Assembly: GCA_016716745.1 (NCBI GenBank)
Contig: JADJVD010000006.1
Location: forward strand, 53,840-117,839
Length of the DNA: 64,000 bases
Direction of reading: 5' to 3'
Origin: Hyphomicrobiales bacterium
GTDB taxonomy: Bacteria > Pseudomonadota > Alphaproteobacteria > Rhizobiales > Beijerinckiaceae
Translations under genes and position numbers: made by a program
The notes under the pieces: generated by a model
What the model saw: only the letters and a program-made list of their open reading frames with translations
What the model was told of the DNA's origin: nothing
Database searches by the model: none
Shown here: in pieces, positions 59,916 through 64,000 of the stretch
Layout: each line of letters begins with the position of its first letter
How positions within the stretch are numbered: the stretch's first letter is position 1

Positions 59916-62261
59916 ATGCAGATGGATCCGCGCGCGATTCCCGACACGCTGAAATTTGGCGTTGGCCAGCCCGTGCCGCGCGCCGAGGACCCCGTCCTCG
60001 TGCGCGGCGAAGGCGCCTATACGGACGATGTGGCGCTGCCCGGCCAGCTTTACGCCGCCTTCGCGCGCAGCCAGCACGCGCATGGGCGCCTCGTCTCCGT
60101 CGATCTGTCGGCCGCGCTCGCCATGCCGGGCGTCGTCGCGGCCTTCGACGGGGCGGCGCTCGCCCCCTTCGGCTATCGCGGCACGAAGACGGCGCTGCCG
60201 CTCGCCAATCGCGACGGCTCGCCCATGCGGGCGCCCGAGCAGCCGGCGCTGGCGCGCGAGCGGGTGCGCTTCGTCGGCGAATGCGTCGCCTTCGTCGTCG
60301 CCGAAACGCCAGAGGCCGCGCGCGACGCGGCCGAGGCGGTCGCCGTCGAGATCGAGCCGCTTCCGGTCGTGCTCGACGCCGCCGCCGCGCTCGCGGACGG
60401 CGCGCCGCGCCTGTTCGACGAGTTGCCGGACAATTGCGTGCTCGACTTCCACTTCGGCGATTCCGAAAAGACCGCCGCCGCCTTCGCCCGCGCCGCGCAT
60501 GTCGCAAGGCTGCGCATTCTCGACAACCGCCTCGCCGTCTGTCCGATGGAGCCGCGCGCCGCCATCGCCGACTACGAGACCGGAACCGGTCGCTATGTGC
60601 TGCGCGCCCCCTCGCAGGGCGTGTTCGGCATGCGCGCCTCGCTCGCCGGCGTCTTCGGCGTGCCGGCGGACCGGGTGCGCGTGCTGACCGGCCATGTCGG
60701 CGGCTCGTTCGGCATGAAGATTTCGGCCTTCCCCGAATATGTCTGCCTGCTGCACGCCGCGCGCGAACTCGGCCGCCCCGTGCGCTGGACGGACATGCGC
60801 TCGGAAAGTTTCGTCTCCGACCATCACGGCCGCGACATGCTGTTCGAGGCCGAACTCGCCATCGACGCGGAGGGAAATTTTCTCGCCACGCGGATCGTCG
60901 GCACGGGAAACCTGGGCGCCTACACCACGGTCGTCTCGCCGTTGATGTCGTCCGGCCTCGTGATGCGCAACTCGGTCGGCATGTATCGCACCCCGCTGGT
61001 CGAGGCGGCGACGCGCTCGGTGCTGACCAACACCACGCCGATCGGCGCCTATCGCGGCGCCGGGCGCCCGGAAGGCAATTTCATCATGGAGCGGCTGATC
61101 GAGGAGGCGGCGCGAATCTCGGGCCTCTCCGCGGTCGACCTGCGCCTGAAGAACTGCATCCGCGCCGACGAGATGCCGTTCACCACCGCCGTCGGCACGG
61201 TCTACGATTCCGGCGACTTCGCGCCGCTGATCGAGCGCGCGCTGGAGGCGGCGGATTGGGACGGCTTCGCCGCCCGCAAGGCGGAGAGCGAAAGCAGGGG
61301 GCTCATTCGCGGACGCGGGATCGGCGCCTATCTGGAGATCACCGCCGCGCCTGCTAACGAGATGGGCGGAATCACCTTCGATGCGGACGGCGCGGTGACC
61401 ATCGTCACCGGCACGCTCGATTTCGGGCAGGGGCACGGCACCGTGCTGGCGCAGGTGCTGAACACCCATCTCGGCGTGCCGTTCGACAAGGTGCGCCTCG
61501 TGCAGGGCGACAGCGACCGGCTGGTGGCCGGCGGCGGCACCGGCGGCTCCAAGTCGATGATGGCGTCCGGCGCCGCCGTGCTCGAAGCCGCGCAGGAGGT
61601 GATCAAGAAGGGCCGAAAGCTCGCCGCCCACCTGCTCGAGGCCGCCGAGGCCGACATCGAGTTCGCCGACGGCCGCTTCTCCGTCGCCGGAACGGATCGC
61701 GGCGTCGACGTGATGGAGCTCGCCGCGCGCCTGCGCGCCAGCCCGCCGCCCGAGGGCCTGCCGCAAAGCCTCGACGTGACGCATGTCCACAAGCATTCGG
61801 CCTCCGCCTATCCGAACGGCTGCCACGTCGCGGAGGTCGAGATCGACCCGCAGACGGGGGCGACGCGCGTCGTCCGCTACACGATGGTCAACGACTTCGG
61901 CACGGTGGTGAACCCGCTGCTGGTCGAGGGCCAGCTCCACGGCGGCGTCATCCAGGGCATCGGCCAGGCGCTGATGGAGCGCGTCGTCTTCGACGAGGAG
62001 GGGCAGCTCCTGACCGGCTCCTTCATGGACTACGCGCTGCCGCGCGCCGACGACGCGCCGGCCTTCCATTTCGAAAGCCGGCCGACGCGCGCCACCACCA
62101 ATCCGCTCGGCGCCAAAGGCTGCGGCGAGGCGGGCTGCGCCGGCTCCCTCTCCTCGGTGATGCACGCCGTGCTCGACGCGCTGCGCCCCTACGGCGTGAC
62201 CGACATGGACATGCCCGCGACGCCGGAGAAGATCTGGCGGGCGATTGCGGGGAAAGGCTGA
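59916..62261 (+). CDS. molybdopterin-binding large subunit of the xanthine dehydrogenase / CO dehydrogenase family (form II CoxL-like)
   Basis: ORF 59838..62261 trimmed to MQMDPRAIPD. The active-site loop reads TPIGAYRGAGRPEG (AYRGAGR is the form II type, not AYRCSFR). Confidence 0.85.
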   Translation: MQMDPRAIPDTLKFGVGQPVPRAEDPVLVRGEGAYTDDVALPGQLYAAFARSQHAHGRLVSVDLSAALAMPGVVAAFDGAALAPFGYRGTKTALPLANRDGSPMRAPEQPALARERVRFVGECVAFVVAETPEAARDAAEAVAVEIEPLPVVLDAAAALADGAPRLFDELPDNCVLDFHFGDSEKTAAAFARAAHVARLRILDNRLAVCPMEPRAAIADYETGTGRYVLRAPSQGVFGMRASLAGVFGVPADRVRVLTGHVGGSFGMKISAFPEYVCLLHAARELGRPVRWTDMRSESFVSDHHGRDMLFEAELAIDAEGNFLATRIVGTGNLGAYTTVVSPLMSSGLVMRNSVGMYRTPLVEAATRSVLTNTTPIGAYRGAGRPEGNFIMERLIEEAARISGLSAVDLRLKNCIRADEMPFTTAVGTVYDSGDFAPLIERALEAADWDGFAARKAESESRGLIRGRGIGAYLEITAAPANEMGGITFDADGAVTIVTGTLDFGQGHGTVLAQVLNTHLGVPFDKVRLVQGDSDRLVAGGGTGGSKSMMASGAAVLEAAQEVIKKGRKLAAHLLEAAEADIEFADGRFSVAGTDRGVDVMELAARLRASPPPEGLPQSLDVTHVHKHSASAYPNGCHVAEVEIDPQTGATRVVRYTMVNDFGTVVNPLLVEGQLHGGVIQGIGQALMERVVFDEEGQLLTGSFMDYALPRADDAPAFHFESRPTRATTNPLGAKGCGEAGCAGSLSSVMHAVLDALRPYGVTDMDMPATPEKIWRAIAGKG

Positions 62262-62574
62262 AATCGCCAGCCGCGACGAGCGGTTGCGCGACGCCGGCCT
62301 GTGCAGAAGTCTGTGGAGAAATGGTGGGCGCGACAGGTGTGCCATTTTCCCGGTTTTTCGGGCTTTTCTGCGCCCTCACCACCGGAAAAGGAACCTTTGA
62401 AAAGCAAAAGGAATTTTCGGAGGCTCCCTCACCTTCCAAGGGGCTCTTGGGGCGTTTGAGGCGGCCGTGAAGGGCGATCCGGGGCCGTCGCTGGACGCCC
62501 GAGCGCCGATGTCCGGCGGCGTCGAGTGGCAGAGAGCTGGCGCTGGTTGTTCGCACAGCGCCCCGCGGGACCCA

Positions 62575-62735
62575 GGGCGCACACTCATAACCGACAGCTG
62601 GCGACCGCTGCGATGCAAACTGCGGCGAGGAAGTTGACGGCGTTGCGATCGTTTCGCGTCGCCAAGTAACGGACGTCCTTCAGGCGACAGAACATTCGTG
62701 AGACAATGGGGGATAGGGAGCCCCATCGGCTCGCC
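62575..62735 (-). mobile_element. remnant (3' end plus terminal repeat) of a second IS5/IS427-like element, inverted relative to the complete copy
   Basis: GGGCGCACACTCATAACCGACAGCTGGCGACCGCTGCGATGCAAACTGCGGCGAGGAAGTTGACGGCG... aligns base for base, with scattered mismatches, to the reverse complement of 63440-63575. On the minus strand it encodes RMFCRLKDVRYLATRNDRNAVNFLAAVCIAAVASCRL*. The inner boundary is approximate. Confidence 0.7.
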
Positions 62736-63578
62736 TAGGGTCCGGACCCATAAGAGCATTGGCATGATTGGCGGTTTGTGATTCACGGCTTCCCGAAAGG
62801 ACGCGGCGATGGATCGGGATCATTTCTGGCTGACGGACGCACGGTTTTCGAAGATCGAACCGCATCTGCCGACCGATACGCGCGGCAAGGCCCGCGTCGA
62901 CGACAGGCGTGTCATCAGCGGCGCCGTGCACGTGCTGAAATCAGGCGGGCGCCGGGTCGATGCGCCGCCGGACTACGGGCCGAAGAAGACGCTCTACAAT
63001 CGCTACGTGCGCGGGGCGGAGAAAGGCGTATGGGCGGCGCTGTTCGAGGCGCTCGCACAAGCTGGCGGGCCGCCGCCGCAGGTCCTGATCGACTCCTCCG
63101 CCGTCAAGGCGCTCCGCTCGGCGGCGGGCGGAAAAGGGGGAGACAAATCAGGCCATCGGGCGCTCGCGCGGCGGGCGCACGACGAAAATCCACGCGCTCA
63201 CCGACGCTCGACGCCGTCCGCTCGCCTTCATGCTCACCGGCGGCAATGTCGCAGACTGCACGGCCGGCGCGGCGTTGCTCGGCCGCCTGCCCGAATGCGA
63301 AATCCTGCATGGCGACAAGGGCTACGACGCCAATGACCTTCGCCGACAGGTCGAAGAGCGCGGCGCCATGCCGAACATCCCGCCCAAGGCCAATCGCAAG
63401 TGGAAGAACTGCTTCTCGCCGTTCCTCTACCGAAACCGCAACGCCATCGAGCGCATGTTCTGCCGCCTGAAGGACTTCCGACGCGTCGCGACCTGATACG
63501 ACCGCAGCGCCGTCAACTTCCTGGCCGCAGTCTGCATCGACGCGACCGTCAGCTACTGGTTATGAGTCCGGACCCTAA
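62736..63578 (+). mobile_element. IS5-family (IS427-group-like) insertion sequence, about 0.84 kb
   Basis: The terminal inverted repeats are TAGGGTCCGGACCCATAA (62736-62753) and TTATGAGTCCGGACCCTAA (63560-63578), matching 17 of 18. TA flanks both ends of GGGTCCGGAC... and may be a target duplication. Confidence 0.8.
62809..63565 (+). pseudogene. IS5/IS427-type DDE transposase with a frame change and an in-frame TGA
   Basis: OrfA is MDRDHFWLTDARFSKIEPHLPTDTRGKARVDDRRVISG...LIDSSAVKALRSAAGGKGG. The conserved continuation QAIGRSRGGRTTKIHALTDARRRPLAFMLTGGNVADC...NAIERMFCRLKDFRRVAT is in the +1 frame, with the overlap at GGAAAAGGGGGAG (63130-63142). The TGA at 63494-63496 replaces the Arg of the conserved RVATRYDR. 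The frame would otherwise run to YDRSAVNFLAAVCIDATVSYWL* at 63565. Confidence 0.8.
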
Positions 63579-63661
63579 TGCAACACGTCCGCTCTTGACC
63601 CGTTGCTGCCGTCGCCGCGATTTGGTGAGGACGGACGGTCGCTTCCGGAAAGCAGACGCGA

Positions 63662-64000
63662 TCACGTTCGTGCGAAATCCATCACCCAATTGGTTTCCCA
63701 GCTTGCCCCGCTGTCTACTGAGAAAGCCTGTGCCCATCGCGCCGACGAAGCAGTAATGTCGGACCAAGTGAAGCGCACGCGAATGTCGCGACCCTGATAC
63801 GTATCATCGGCGAAGAACGTCCCGGCTCCCGCCTCGAAACGACCAGTGACTGGCACATCAAGTTGTCCCGCGCGCTCGTCAGCCCACCAAATGGACCAAA
63901 GCCGCGTGACCGGATTGAACAGTCGGATTGACGCTGCGCGATAGGTTCCTGCAGGCAATTCGATCCAGTTGTCGTCGACGTTGCCGATGCCGCCGATGAT
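63662..64000 (-). CDS. conserved hypothetical protein; C-terminal part only, gene runs off the right edge
   Basis: The ORF is open to the window end (IIGGIGNVDDNWIELPAGTYRAAS...WSIWWADERAGQLDVPVTGRFEAGAGTFFADDTYQGRDIRVRFTWSDITASSARWAQAFSVDSGASWETNWVMDFART). The local DNA is less GC-rich than the rest of the window. Confidence 0.55.
   Translation of the reverse strand: MIGGIGNVDDNWIELPAGTYRAASIRLFNPVTRLWSIWWADERAGQLDVPVTGRFEAGAGTFFADDTYQGRDIRVRFTWSDITASSARWAQAFSVDSGASWETNWVMDFART

Noticed and set aside
62322-62337. TGGTGGGCGCGACAGG. Its reverse complement, CCTGTCGCGCCCACCA, looks like the T-stem, acceptor stem and CCA 3' end of a tRNA (tRNA-Val-like acceptor), so it could be an att-site fragment.
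   Set aside because: No T-loop (TTCGA), anticodon arm or D-arm can be found. The region between the complementary GGGCGC/GCGCCC arms is only about 30 nt. It may be just a hairpin downstream of the coxL-like gene. A direct-repeat partner cannot be checked inside this window.
63130-63142. GGAAAAGGGGGAG was considered as a classical programmed -1 ribosomal frameshift site of the IS transposase.
   Set aside because: The conserved downstream frame is +1, not -1, relative to orfA, so a simple -1 slip at A-AAA-G does not reach it. A 1-nt change in the G-run, or a different recoding mechanism, cannot be told apart here. It is therefore reported only as a frame change.

Overview
This is a high-GC chromosomal segment with alphaproteobacterial (Hyphomicrobiales-like) gene content. 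It holds about 60 protein genes. I found no rRNA genes, no complete tRNA gene and no CRISPR array. Most long alternative-frame ORFs in the track are Arg/Ala/Pro-rich high-GC artefacts. The main blocks are as follows. (1) 1-5.7 kb holds small-molecule catabolic genes. (2) 5.8-17.9 kb is a microaerobic respiration locus: an FNR-type regulator with a perfect FNR box, ccoNOQP (cbb3 oxidase), ccoGHIS, an MFS protein and a second P1B ATPase with a TPCP motif. (3) 19.5-26.7 kb holds an arginase-family ureohydrolase, an unknown ORF coupled to a CWC cysteine-rich protein, two paralogous basic-amino-acid/opine-type binding proteins, a DUF4432 protein and ABC permease/ATPase genes. (4) 26.8-30.9 kb is the conserved four-gene cluster of unknown function: circularly permuted ATP-grasp, alpha-E, transglutaminase and Anbu proteasome-like peptidase. 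(5) 31-42 kb holds housekeeping genes (dusA, cobS, apbC) and two tandem TRAP binding-protein genes. (6) 43.1-46.2 kb encodes a secreted caspase-fold protein. Both catalytic residues are replaced, and the tail is about 550 aa of Met/Gly/Gln- and Pro-rich tandem repeats. (7) 46-62 kb holds mixed housekeeping genes, cobT, TRAP dctQM, moaA and a lone form-II CoxL-like subunit. (8) From 62.3 kb there is a lower-GC edge with a decayed IS5/IS427-like element inserted next to an inverted remnant of a related IS. Five chromosomal reading frames are interrupted by single-base frameshifts, mostly at short G/C runs or GC-rich repeats (ccoG twice, both TRAP binding proteins, the caspase-like gene). From sequence alone I cannot tell real pseudogenes from assembly indels. 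The most unusual objects are the pseudo-caspase repeat protein, the Anbu cluster with a candidate sigma-54 promoter, and the unknown ORF plus CWC pair.
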